In this document: positions 17,501 to 31,555 of the stretch, piece by piece
Position numbering within the stretch: the stretch's first letter is position 1
Layout: the number at the start of each line of letters is the position of its first letter
Source of the DNA: Eledone cirrhosa
Lineage: Eukaryota
Assembly (NCBI GenBank): GCA_964016885.1
Contig: OZ024757.1
Span: 39,742,001-39,806,000, forward strand
Length of the DNA stretch: 64,000 bases
Reading direction: 5' to 3'
Made by a program: the position numbers and the translations under genes
Notes under the pieces: generated by a model
Database searches by the model: none
The model's input: only the letters and a program-made list of their open reading frames with translations
What the model was told of the DNA's origin: nothing

Positions 17501-20500
17501 AAATGGCTATATAATGGTTAAAACGGCATCATAATTGTCTAAAATGACTCTAAAACATCTAAAATGACATAAAATCGCTATATAATGGCTAAAACGACAT
17601 CATGATTGATTAAAATGACTCTAAAACGTCTAAAATGACCTAAAATGGCTATATAATGGCTAAAACGGCATTATGATTGACTAAAATGTCTCTCAAACGT
17701 CTAAAATGACATAAAATGGCTATATAATGGCTCAAACAGCATAATGATTGATCAAAATGACTCTAAAACGTCTAAAACGTCTAAAATGATTCTAAAATGG
17801 CTAAAACAGCGTCAAAAAGTAATAAAATGACTCTAAAACGTCTAATATGACGGAAAATGGCTATATAATGGCTAAAACTGCATCATAATTGTCTAAAATG
17901 ACTCTAAAACGTCTAAAATGATATAAAATGGCTATATAATGGCTAAAACAGCATAATAAATGAATAAGATGACTATAAAACGTCTAAAATAACGGAAAAT
18001 GGCTATATAATGGCTAAAACTGCATCATAATTGACTAAAATGACTCTAAAACGTCTAAAACGACTAAACTGCATCTAAAATAGCTAAAACTGAATCATTA
18101 ATGACTAAAATGACTCTCAAATGGCGAAAACAGCATCATAATTGACTAAAATGACTCTAAAACGTCTAAAATGACATAAAATGGCTATATAATGGCTCAA
18201 ACAGCATAATGATTGATTAAAATGACTCTAAAAACGTCTAAAACGTCTAAAATGATTCTAAAATGGCTAAAACAGCGTCAAAAAGTAATAAAATGACTCT
18301 AAAACGTCTAAAATGACTGAAAATGGCTATATAATGGCTAAAACTGCATCATAATTGTCTAAAATGACTCTAAAACGTCTAAAATGACATAAAATGGCTA
18401 TATAATGGCTAAAACAGCATAATAAATGACTAAAATGACTCTAAAACGTCTAAAACGACTAAACTGCATCTAAAATGGCTAAAACTGCATCATTAATGAC
18501 TAAACTGCCTCTAAAATGGCTAAAACAGCATCATAATTGACTAAAATGACTCTAAAACGTCTAAAATGACAATAAAATGGCTAAATCAGCATCATAGATG
18601 AATAAAATGACTCTAAAACGTCTAAAATAGCTGAAAATGGCTATATAATCGCTAAAACGGCATCATAATTGTCTAAAATGACTCTAAAACATCTAAAATG
18701 ACATAAAATCGCTATATAATGGCTAAAACAGCATAATAAATGAATAAAATGACTCTAAAACGTCTAAAATGACAGAAAATGGCTATATAATGGCTAAAAC
18801 TGCATCATAATTGACTAAAATGACTCTAAAACGTCTAAAACGACTAAACTGCATCTAATATGGCTAAAACTGCATCATAAATGACTAAAATGACTCTCAA
18901 ATGGCTAAAACAGCATCATAATTGACTAAAATGACTCTAAAACGTCTAAAATGACATAAAATGGCTATATAATGGCTAAAATGGCATCATGATTGATTAA
19001 AATGACTCTAAAACGTCTAAAATGACATAAAATGACTATAAAATGGCTAAATCAGCATCATAGATGAATAAAATGACTCTAAAACGTCTAAAATGACTGA
19101 AAATGGCTATATAATGGTTAAAACGGCATCATAATTGTCTAAAATGACTCTAAAACATCTAAAATGACATAAAATCGCTATATAATGGCTAAAACGACAT
19201 CATGATTGATTAAAATGACTCTAAAACGTCTAAAATGACCTAAAATGGCTATATAATGGCTAAAACGACATTATGATTGACTAAAATGTCTCTCAAACGT
19301 CTAAAATGACATAAAATGGCTATATAATGGCTCAAACAGCATAATGATTGATCAAAATGACTCTAAAACGTCTAAAACGTCTAAAATGATTCTAAAATGG
19401 CTAAAACAGCGTCAAAAAGTAATAAAATGACTCTAAAACGTCTAATATGACGGAAAATGGCTATATAATGGCTAAAACTGCATCATAATTGTCTAAAATG
19501 ACTCTAAAACGTCTAAAATGATATAAAATGGCTATATAATGGCTAAAACAGCATAATAAATGAATAAGATGACTATAAAACGTCTAAAATAACGGAAAAT
19601 GGCTATATAATGGCTAAAACTGCATCATAATTGACTAAAATGACTCTAAAACGTCTAAAACGACTAAACTGCATCTAAAATAGCTAAAACTGAATCATTA
19701 ATGACTAAAATGACTCTCAAATGGCTAAAACAGCATCATAATTGACTAAAATGACTCTAAAACGTCTAAAATGACATAAAATGGCTACATAATGGCTAAA
19801 ATGGCATCATGATTGATTAAAATGTCTCTAAAACGTCTAAAATGACATAAAATGACTATAAAATGGCTAATCAGCATAATAATTGATTAAAATGACTCTA
19901 AAACGCCTAAAACGTCTAAAATGATTCTAAAATGGCTAAAACAGCGTCAAAAAGTAATAAAATGACTCTAAAACGTCTAAAATAGCTGAAAATGGCTATA
20001 TAATGGCTAAAACGGCATCATAATTGTCTAAAATGACTCTAAAACGTCTAAAATAACGGAAAATGGCTATATAATGGCTAAAACTGCATCATAATTGACT
20101 AAAATGACTCTAAAACGTCTAAAACGACTAAACTGCATCTAAAATGGCTAAAACTGCATCATAAATGACTAAAATGACTCTCAAATGGCTAAAACAGCAT
20201 CATAATTGACTAAAATGACTCTAAAACGTCTAAAATGACATAAAATGGCTATATAATGGCTCAAACAGCATAATGATTGATTAAAATGACTCTAAAACGT
20301 CTAAAATGATTCTAAAATGGCTAAAACAGCGTCAAAAAGTAATAAAATGACTCTAAAACGTCTAAAATGACTGAAAATGGCTATATAATGGCTAAAACTG
20401 CATCATAATTGTCTAAAATGACTCTAAAACGTCTAAAATGACATAAAATGGCTATATAATGGCTAAAACAGCATAATAAATGACTAAAATGACTCTAAAA

Positions 20501-23500
20501 CGTCTAAAACGACTAAACTGCATCTAAAATGGCTAAAACTGCATCATTAATGACTAAACTGCCTCTAAAATGGCTAAAACAGCATCATAATTGACTAAAA
20601 TGACTCTAAAACGTCTAAAATGACTATAAAATGGCTAAATCAGCATCATAGATGAATAAAATGACTCTAAAACGTCTAAAATAGCTGAAAATGGCTATAT
20701 AATGGCTAAAACTGCATCATAATTGTCTAAAATAACACTAAAACATCTAAAATGACATAAAATCGCTATATAATGGCTAAAACGGCATCATGATTGATTG
20801 AAATGACTCTAAAACGTCTAAAATGACATAAAATGGCTATATAATGGCTAAAACAGCATAATAATTGATTAAAATGACTCTAAAACGCCTAAAACGTCTA
20901 AAATGATTCTAAAATGGCTAAAACAGCGTCAAAAAGTAATAAAATGACTCTAAAACGTCTAAAATAGCTGAAAATGGCTATATAATGGCTAAAACGGCAT
21001 CATAATTGTCTAAAATGACTCTAAAACGTCTAAAATAACGGAAAATGGCTATATAATGGCTAAAACTGCATCATAATTGACTAAAATGACTCTAAAACGT
21101 CTAAAACGACTAAACTGCATCTAAAATGGCTAAAACTGCATCATAAATGACTAAAATGACTCTCAAATGGCTAAAACAGCATCATAATTGACTAAAATGA
21201 CTCTAAAACGTCTAAAATGACATAAAATGGCTATATAATGGCTCAAACAGCATAATGATTGATTAAAATGACTCTAAAACGTCTAAAATGATTCTAAAAT
21301 GGCTAAAACAGCGTCAAAAAGTAATAAAATGACTCTAAAACGTCTAAAATGACTGAAAATGGCTATATAATGGCTAAAACTGCATCATAATTGTCTAAAA
21401 TGACTCTAAAACGTCTAAAATGACATAAAATGGCTATATAATGGCTAAAACAGCATAATAAATGACTAAAATGACTCTAAAACGTCTAAAACGACTAAAC
21501 TGCATCTAAAATGGCTAAAACTGCATCATTAATGACTAAACTGCCTCTAAAATGGCTAAAACAGCATCATAATTGACTAAAATGACTCTAAAACGTCTAA
21601 AATGACTATAAAATGGCTAAATCAGCATCATAGATGAATAAAATGACTCTAAAACGTCTAAAATAGCTGAAAATGGCTATATAATGGCTAAAACGGCATC
21701 ATAATTGTCTAAAATGACTCTAAAACATCTAAAATGACATAAAATCACTATATAATGGCTAAAACAGCATAATAAATGAATAAAATGACTCTAAAACGTC
21801 TAAAATGACAGAAAATGGCTATATAATGGCTAAAACTGCATCATAATTGACTAAAATGACTCTAAAACGTCTAAAACGACTAAACTGCATCTAAAATGGC
21901 TAAAACTGCATCATAAATGACTAAAATGACTCTCAAATGGCTAAAACAACATCATAATTGACTAAAATGACTCTAAAACGTCTAAAATGACTTAAATGGC
22001 TATATAATGGCTAAAATGGCATCATGATTGATTAAAATGACTCTAAAACGTCTAAAATGACATAAAATGACTATAAAATGGCTAAATCAGCATCATAGAT
22101 GAATAAAATGACTCTAAAACGTCTAAAATGACTGAAAATGGCTATATAATGGTTAAAACGGCATCATAATTGTCTAAAATGACTCTAAAACATCTAAAAT
22201 GACATAAAATCGCTATATAATGGCTAAAACGACATCATGATTGATTAAAATGACTCTAAAACGTCTAAAATGACCTAAAATGGCTATATAATGGCTAAAA
22301 CGGCATTATGATTGACTAAAATGTCTCTCAAACGTCTAAAATGACATAAAATGGCTATATAATGGCTCAAACAGCATAATGATTGATCAAAATGACTCTA
22401 AAACGTCTAAAACGTCTAAAATGATTCTAAAATGGCTAAAACAGCGTCAAAAAGTAATAAAATGACTCTAAAACGTCTAAAATGACGGAAAATGGCTATA
22501 TAATGGCTAAAACTGCATCATAATTGTCTAAAATGACTCTAAAACGTCTAAAATGATATAAAATGGCTATATAATGGCTAAAACAGCATAATAAATGAAT
22601 AAGATGACTCTAAAACGTCTAAAATAACGGAAAATGGCTATATAATGGCTAAAACTGCATCATTATTGACTAAAATGACTCTAAAACGTCTAAAACGACA
22701 TAAAATGACTACATAATGGCTAAAATGGCATCATGATTGATTAAAATGTCTCTAAAACGTCTAAAATGACATAAAATGACTATAAAATGGCTAAATCAGC
22801 ATCATAGATGAATAAAATGACTCTAAAACGTCTAAAATAGCTGAAAATGGCTATATAATGGCTAAAACGGCATCATAATTGTCTAAAATAACACTAAAAC
22901 ATCTAAAATGACATAAAATCGCTATATAATGGCTAAAACGGCATCATGATTGATTGAAATGACTCTAAAACGTCTAAAATGACATAAAATGGCTATATAA
23001 TGGCTAAAACAGCATCATAATTGTCTAAAATGACTCTAAAACGTCTAAAATAACGGAAAATGGCTATATAATGGCTAAAACTGCATCATAATTGACTAAA
23101 ATGACTCTAAAACGTCTAAAACGACTAAACTGCATCTAAAATGGCTAAAACTGCATCATAAATGAGTAAAATGACTCTAAAATGGTTAAAACAGCATCAT
23201 AAATGACTAAAATGACTCTCAAATGGCTAAAACATCATTCTAATTGACTAAAATGACTCTAAAACGTCTAAAATGACATAAAATGGCTATACAATGGCTA
23301 AAACAGCATAATGATTGATTAAAATGACTCTAAACCTCTAAAACGTCTAAAATGATACTAAAATGGCTAAAACAGCGTCAAAAAGTAATAAAATGACTCT
23401 AAAACGTCTAAAATGACGGAACATGGCTATATAATGGTTAAACGGCATCATAATTGTCTAAAATGTCTCTAAAACGTCTAAAATGACGGGAAATTGCTAT

Positions 23501-26500
23501 ATAATGGCTAAAACTGCATCATAATTGACTAAAATGATTCTAAAATGGCTAAAACAGCGTCATAAATGAATAAAATGACTCCAAAACGTCTAAAATGACC
23601 TAAAATGACTATATAATGGCTAATACGGCATCATAATTGACTAAAAGGACTCTAAAACGTCTAAAATGGCTATATAATGGCTAAAACAGCATCATAAATG
23701 AATAAAATGACTCTAAAACGTCTAAAATGACGGGAAATGGCGATATAATGGCTAAAACTGCATCATAATTGACTAAAATGACTCTAAAACGTCTAAAATG
23801 ACAAAAGATGGCTATATAATGGCTAAAACGGCATCATGATTGATTAAAATGACTCTAAAACGTCTAAACCGTCTAAAATGACTCTAAAATGGCTAAAACA
23901 GCGTCATAATTGACTCAAATGACTCTAAAACGTCTAAAATGACGGACAATGGCTATATAATGGCTAAAACGGCATTATAATTGACTAAAATGACTCTAAA
24001 ACGTGTAAAATGACAAAAATGGCTATATAATGGCTAAAACGGCATCATGATTGATTAAAATGACTCTAAAACGTCTAAACCGTCTAAAATAACTCTAAAA
24101 TGGCTAAAACAGCATCATAAATGAGTAAAATGACTCTCAAATGGCTAAAACATCATCATAATTGACTAAAATGACTCTAAAACGTCTAAAATGACATAAA
24201 ATGGCTATATAATGGCTAAAACAGCATAATGATTGATTAAAATGACTCTAAAACGTCTAAAACGTCTAAAATGATTCTAAAAGTACTAAAACAGCGTCAT
24301 AAATAAATAAAATGACTCTAAAACGTCTAAAATGACGGATAATGGCTATATAATGGCTAAAACGGCATCATAATTGACTAAAAGGACTCTAAAACTTCTA
24401 AATGACATAAAATGGCTATATAATGGCGAAAACAGCATCATAAATAAATAAAATGACTCTAGAACGTCTAAAATGACAAAGAATGGCTATATAATGGCTA
24501 AAACGGCATCATGATTGATTAAAATGACTCTAAAACGTCTAAAACGTCTAACATGACTCTAAAATGGCTAAAACAGCATCATAAATGACTAAAATGACTC
24601 TAAAATGGTTAATACAGCATCATAATTGACTAACATAACTCTAAAACGTCTAAAATGACATAATATGGCTATAGAATGGCTGAAACAGCATCATGATTGA
24701 TTAAATTGACTCTAAAACGTCTAAAATGACAGAAAATCGCTATATAATGGCTAAAACGGCATCATAATTGTCTAAAATGACTCTAAAACATCTAAAATGA
24801 TATAAAATGGCTATATAATGGCTAAAACAGCATAATGATGGATTAAAATGACTCTAAAACGTCTAAAACGTCTAAAATGATTCTAAAATGGCTAAAACAG
24901 CGTCATAAATGAAAGAAATGACTCTAAAACGTCTAAAATGACGGAAAATGGCTATATAATGGCTAAAACGGCATCATAATTGACTAAAATGACTCTAAAA
25001 CATCTAAAACGACTAAACAGCCTCTAAAATGGATAAAACTGCATCATGAATGACTAAAATGACTCTCAAATGGCTAAAACAGCACCATAATTGACTATTA
25101 TGACGCTAAAACGTCTGAAATGACGGAAAATGGCTATATAATGGCTAAAACAGCATCATGATTGATTAAAATGACTCTAAAACGTATAAATCGTTTAAAA
25201 TGTCTCTAAAATGGCTCAAACAGCATCATAAATAAATAAAATGACTCTAAAACATCTAAAATGACGGAAAATGGCTATATAATGGCTAAAACGGCATCAT
25301 AATTGACTAAAATGACTCTAAAACATCTAAAATGTCTATAAAATTGCTAAAACTACATCATAAATGTATAAAATGACTCTAAAACGGCTAAAGGAGCATC
25401 ATAATTGATGTAAATGACGCTAAAACATCTAAAATGACATAAAATGGCTATATAATGGCTAAAACGGCATCATGATTGATGAAAATTACTCTAAAACGTC
25501 TAAAACGACTCTAAAATGGCTAAAAGAGCGTCATAAATGAATAAAAATGACTCCAAAACATCTACAATGACGCCAAATGGCTAAAACTGCATCATAAATG
25601 ACTAAACTGCCTCTAAAATGGCTAAAACTGCATCATAAATGACTAAAATGACTCTCAAATGGCTAAAACAGCATCATAATTGACTAAAATGACTCTAAAA
25701 CGTCTAAAATGACATAAAATGGCTATATAATGGCTAGAACTGCATCATGATTGATTAAAATGATTCTAAAACATCTAAAACGTCTACAATGACTATAAAA
25801 TGGCTAAATCAGCATCATAGATAAATAAAATGACTCTAAAACGTCTAGAATGACTGAAAATGGCTATATAATGGCTAAAACGGCATCATAATTGTCTAAA
25901 ATGATTCTAAAACATTTAAAATGATAGAAAATGGCTATATAATGTCTAAAACGGCATCATGATTGACTAAAATGACTCTCAAACGTCTAAAATGACATAA
26001 AATGACAATATAATGGCTAAAACAGCATAATGATTGATTAAAATGACTCTAAAACGTCTAAAATGGCTATATAATGGCTAAAACAGCATCATAAATGAAT
26101 AAAATGACTCTAAAACGTCTAAAATGACGGGAAATGGCTATATAATGGCTAAAACTGCATCATAGTTGACTAAAATGACTCTAAAACGTCTAAAATGACA
26201 TAAAATGGCTATATAATAGCTAAAACGGCATCATGATGGATTAAAATGACTCTTAACCGTCTAAAACTTCTAAAATAACTCTAAAATGGCTAAAACAGCA
26301 TCATAAATGAATAAAATGATTCTAAAACGTCTAAAATGACGGAAATTAGCTATATAATGGCTAAAACGGCATAATAATTGTCTAAAATGATTCTAAAACG
26401 TCTCAAATGACATAAAATGGCTATATAATGGCTAAAACGGCATCATGATTGATTAAAATGACTCTAAAACTTCTAAAATGACTCTAAAATGCCTAAAATA

Positions 26501-29500
26501 GCATCAGAAATGAATGAAATGACTCTAAAACGTCTAAAATGAGTGAAAATCGCTATATAATGTCTAAAGCGGCATCATAATTGACTAAAATGACTCTAAC
26601 ACGTCTAAAACGACTAAACTGCTTCTAAAATTGCTGAAACTGCATCATAAATGACTAAAATGACTATAAAATGACTAAAGGAGCTTCATAATTGACTAAA
26701 CTGCCTCTAAAATGTCTAAAATTACGGAAAAAGTCTATATAATGGCTAAAACGGCATCATAATTTACTAAAATGACTCTAAAACGTCAAAGATGACATAA
26801 TATGGCTATAGAATGGCTGAAACGGCATCATGATTGATTACAATGACTCTAAAACGTCTAAAATGATTCTAAAATGGCTAAAACAGCATCATAAATGAAT
26901 AAAATGTCTCTAAACGTCTAAAATGACGGAAAATGGCTATATAATGGTTAAAACTGCATCATAATTGACTAAAATGACTCTAAAACGACAAATTGCCTCT
27001 AAAATGGCTAAAACTGCATCATAAATGACTAAATTGGCTATATAATGGCTAAAACAGCATTATAATTGACTAAAATGACTCTAAAACGTCTAAAATGGCT
27101 ATAAAATGGCTAAAACTGCATCATAAATGACTAAAATAACTCTAAAATGGCTAAAACTGCATCATAATTGACTAAAATGACTCTAAAACGTCTAAAATGG
27201 CTATAAAATGGCTAAAACTGCATCATAAATGACTAAACTCCCTCTAAAATGGCTAAAACTGCATCATAAATGACTAAAATGACTCTAAAATGGCTAAAAT
27301 GACAGAAAATGGCTATATAATGGCCAAAAAGGCATCATGATTGATTAAAATGACTCTAAAATGTATAAAACGTTTAAAATGGCTATATAATGGCAAAAAC
27401 GGCATCATAATTGACTAAAATGACTCTAAAACATCTAAAACGTCTAAAATGTCTATAAAATTGCTAAAACTACATCATAAACGTCTAGAATGACTCTAAA
27501 ACGGCTAACGGAGCATCATAATTGATTAAAATGACTCTAAAACGTATAACATGACGGAAAATGGCTATATAATGGCTAAAACGGCATCACAATTGACTAA
27601 AATGACTCTAAAACGTCTAAAATGACATAAAATGGCTATATAATGGCTAAAACGCCATCATGATTGATTAAAATGATTCTAAAACGTCTGGAACGTCTAA
27701 AATGACACTTACATGGCTAAAACTACATTATAAATGACTAAACTGCTTCTAAAATGGCTAAAACTGCATCATAAATGACTAAAATGACTCTAAAATGGCT
27801 AAAACAGCATCATAAATGAATAAAATGTCTCTAAAACGTCTAAAATGACGGACATTGGCTATATAATAGCTAAACTGGCATCATAATTGACTAAAATGAC
27901 TCTAAAACGTCTAAACTGCCTCTAAAATGGCTAAAACTGCATCATAAATGACTAAAATGACTCTAAAATGTCTAAAACGTCTAAAATAACAGAAAATGGC
28001 TATATAATGGCTTAAAATCATCATGATTGATTAAAATGACTCTAAAACGTCTAAGATGACGGAAAATGGCTATATAATGGCTAAAACGGCATCATAATTG
28101 ACTAAAATTACTCTAAAACATCTAAAATGATATAAAGTTGCTATATAATGGCTAAAACGGCATCATGATTGATTAAAATGATTCTAAAACGTCTAGAACG
28201 TCTAAAATGACTCTAAAATGGCTAAACTGCATCATAAATGACTAAAGTTACTCTAAAATGGCTAAAACAGCATCATAATTGACTAAAATGACTCTAAAAC
28301 CTCTAAAATAACATAAAATGGCTATATAATGGCTAAAAGGGCATCATAATTGATTAAAATGACTCTAAAACGTCTAAAACATCTAAAATGGCTAAAACAG
28401 CATCATAAATGAATACAATGACTCTCAAACTTTTAAAATGACGGAAAATGGCTATATAATGGCTAAAACGGCATCATAATTGACTAAAATGACTCTAAAA
28501 CATCTAAAATGGCATAAAACGCTCTATAATGGCTAAAACGACATCATGATTGATTAAAATGACTCTAATACATCTAAAACATCTAAAATGACTCTAAAAT
28601 GGCTAAAACCGTATCATGAATGAATAAAATGACTCTAAAACGTCTAAAATGGAGGAAAATGACTACATAATGGCTAAAACGGCATCATAAACGACTAAAA
28701 TGACACTAAAAATGCTAAAACGGCATCATAAAAGGCTAAATTGACACTAAAATGGCTAAAACGACATCATAAATGACTAAAATGACACTAAAAAGGCTAA
28801 AGCAGCATCATGAATTGCTAAACTGTCACTAAAAACGCTAAAACGGCATCATAAATGGCTAAATTGACTCTAAAATGGCTAAAACGGCATCAAAAATGAC
28901 TAAAATGACACTAAAAAGGCTAAAACGGCATCATAAAGGGCAAAACTGACTATAAAATGGCTAAAACGGCAACATAAATGACTAAAATGACACTAAAGAG
29001 GCTAAAAAGCATCATAAATGGCTAAAATGACCCTAAAATGCTAAAACGGCATCTAAATTACTCTAAAATGGCTAAAACGGCATCATAAATGGCTAAATTG
29101 ACTCTAAAATGGCTAAAACGACATCATAAATGACTAAAGTGAAACTAAAAAGGCTAAAACGCCATCATAAATGAATAAACTGTCACTAAAAATGCTAAAA
29201 CGGCATCATAAATGGCTAAATTGACTGTAAAATGGCTAAAACCGCATCATAATTGACTAAAATGACACTAAAAAGGCTAAAACGGCATCATAAATGGCTA
29301 ATTTGACTCTAAAATGGCTAAAACGCATCATACAATGGCTATAATGACACTAAAAAGGCTAAAACGGCATCATAAATGGCTAAATTGACTCAAAAATGGC
29401 TAAAACGATATCAGAAATAACTAAAATGACACTAAAAAGGCTAAAGCGGCATCATAAATGGCTAAATTGACTGTAAAATGGCTAAAACGGCATCATAAAT

Positions 29501-30893
29501 GACTAAAATGGCCAAAGCATCATCATAAATGACTTGAATGACAATACAATGCCTAAAACGGCATCGTAAATGATTAAAATTGCTAAATCGTCATAATAAA
29601 TCACCTAAATGGCTAAAGAAACATCATAAATGACTTAAATGACACTAAAATGGTTAAACGGCATCGTAAATGACTAAAATGACACTAAAAAGGCTAAAAC
29701 GACATCATAAATGACTAAAATTACACTAAAATGACTAAAACGGCATCATAAATGGCTAAATTAACTCTAAAATTGCTAAAACAGCATCATAAATGACTAA
29801 AATGTCTAAACCGTAATCATAAATGACTGAAATGGCTAAAGCAAGATCATAAATGCCTAAATTGATTCTAAAATGGATAAAACGTCATCATAATTGACTA
29901 AAATGGCTAAAACATCATCATTAATGACTGAAATGGCTAAAACGGCATCATAAATGACTAATATGACACTAAAATGGCTGAAACGGCATCATAAATTACT
30001 AGAATGGCTAAAATGCATCATATATGACTCTATTGACTGTAAAATAGCTAGAACGGCATCACAAATGACTAAAATCGTTAAAACGGCATCATAAATGACT
30101 GAAAAACATCAAAAATAAACTAAAATGACTAAAACGGCATCATAAATTACTAAATTGGTTAAGACGTCACCATAAATGACTAAAATGACACTAAAAAGGC
30201 TAAAACGACATCACAAATGACTAAAATGACTAAAACGTCATATTAAATGACTGAGAAACATCAAAAATAAACTAAAATGACTTAAACGACATTATAAATG
30301 ACTAAAATGGCTAAAACGTCATCACAATTGACTGAAACGTCTAAAATGACATCATAAATGACTAAAATGACAATAAAATTGCTAAAACGGCATCATAAAT
30401 GACTAACATGACGCTAAAATGGCTAAAACGTCATAATAAATGACTAAAATGACACTAAAATGGCTAAAGCCGCATCATAAACGAATAAAATGACAATAAA
30501 ATGGCTAAAACGGAATCATAAAAGGCTAAAACGGCATCATAAATGACTAAAATTGCTAAAACGTCATCATAAATGACTGAAATGGCTAAAACAGCATCAT
30601 AAATGGCTAAAATGACTCTAAAATGGCTAAAACAGCGTCATAATTGAGTAAAATGGCTAAAACAGCATCATAAACTGCTAAATTGACTCTAAAATGGCTA
30701 AAATTCAATAATAAATGACGGAAATGACTGTAAAATGGCTATAATGGCATCATAAATGAAGAAAATGACAATAAAATGTCTAAAATGGCATCATAAATGA
30801 CGGAAATGACTGTAAAATGGATAAAATGGCATCATAAATGAAGAAAATGACACTAAAATGGCTAAAACGGCATTAAAAATGACTAAAATGACT
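14531..30893 (-). repeat. Same satellite family in CTAAAA (reverse) orientation; ~71-bp monomer to ~28.7 kb, then 41-bp and shorter monomers
   Basis: Unit aaaatgactctaaaacgtctaaaatgacataaaatggctatataatggctaaaacagcatcataattgact; distal part is the reverse complement of the left array monomer. Confidence 0.97.
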
Positions 30894-31481
30894 GTCTCTC
30901 TGTCCGATCACTAAAACTTGAGAAACACCCAACCGATTGTTTTCAAACTCTACACATATAATACTTATGGTCCTTTGAGTGTTTTGAGGAGAAACAATTT
31001 CAAGTTTTCAATGGCGTACGCATTAGGCGACTTAGCGATCTCTCTCTATAATTCTTAGTCTTTCTCCTTTTAGATAGATACATAGATATAACGTTGTACC
31101 CTTATAATAATATCTGTATGCCAGACTGTCTGTATTACGTCATTATGACGTAGCTGTATGTGTGTATATATGTTTATATATATATAGTGTGTGTGTGTGT
31201 ATATATATATATGTAATGTGTAACGTTTTTCGAAATATTTACTTCTGCCTTCATAGATTGATTTTTTTAGTTTCAGAAGATCGCGATAAGGGTGAAAGCA
31301 GCGATTCTTTGCTTAAACTTTAATCTGTTATTTTAATATATATATATATTCGTGTACATATATTTTTGCATATACAATAACAAAATATAAACAAACGTAT
31401 TTATTTCACGAAGCTCGATAAGGATAAATATATATCAAATCCCTAGAGAAAATCCGGAGCAACGTAGGGCCATTCTGCTTG
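30894..31481 (+). mobile_element. Non-autonomous Helitron-like insert in the satellite edge
   Basis: ctgtc-rich 5' segments, aaccgattgttttcaaact motif, 3' ccggagcaacgtagggc degenerate GC hairpin then ctgCTTG|t (CTRR-like); satellite resumes afterwards. Confidence 0.55.
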
Positions 31482-31555
31482 TAAATGACTAAAATGACAA
31501 TAAAATGACTAAAACGGCATCATAAATGACTGAAATGACTCTAAAATGGCTAAAA
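31482..31555 (-). repeat. Last remnant of the satellite
   Basis: taaatgactaaaatgacaataaaatgactaaaacggcatcataaatgactgaaatgactctaaaatggctaaaa. Confidence 0.9.

Noticed and set aside
8871-30893. Satellite as a telomeric array, telomere fusion or CRISPR array
   Set aside because: No TTAGGG tandem runs and no unique spacers; it is a degenerate tandem satellite in eukaryotic DNA.
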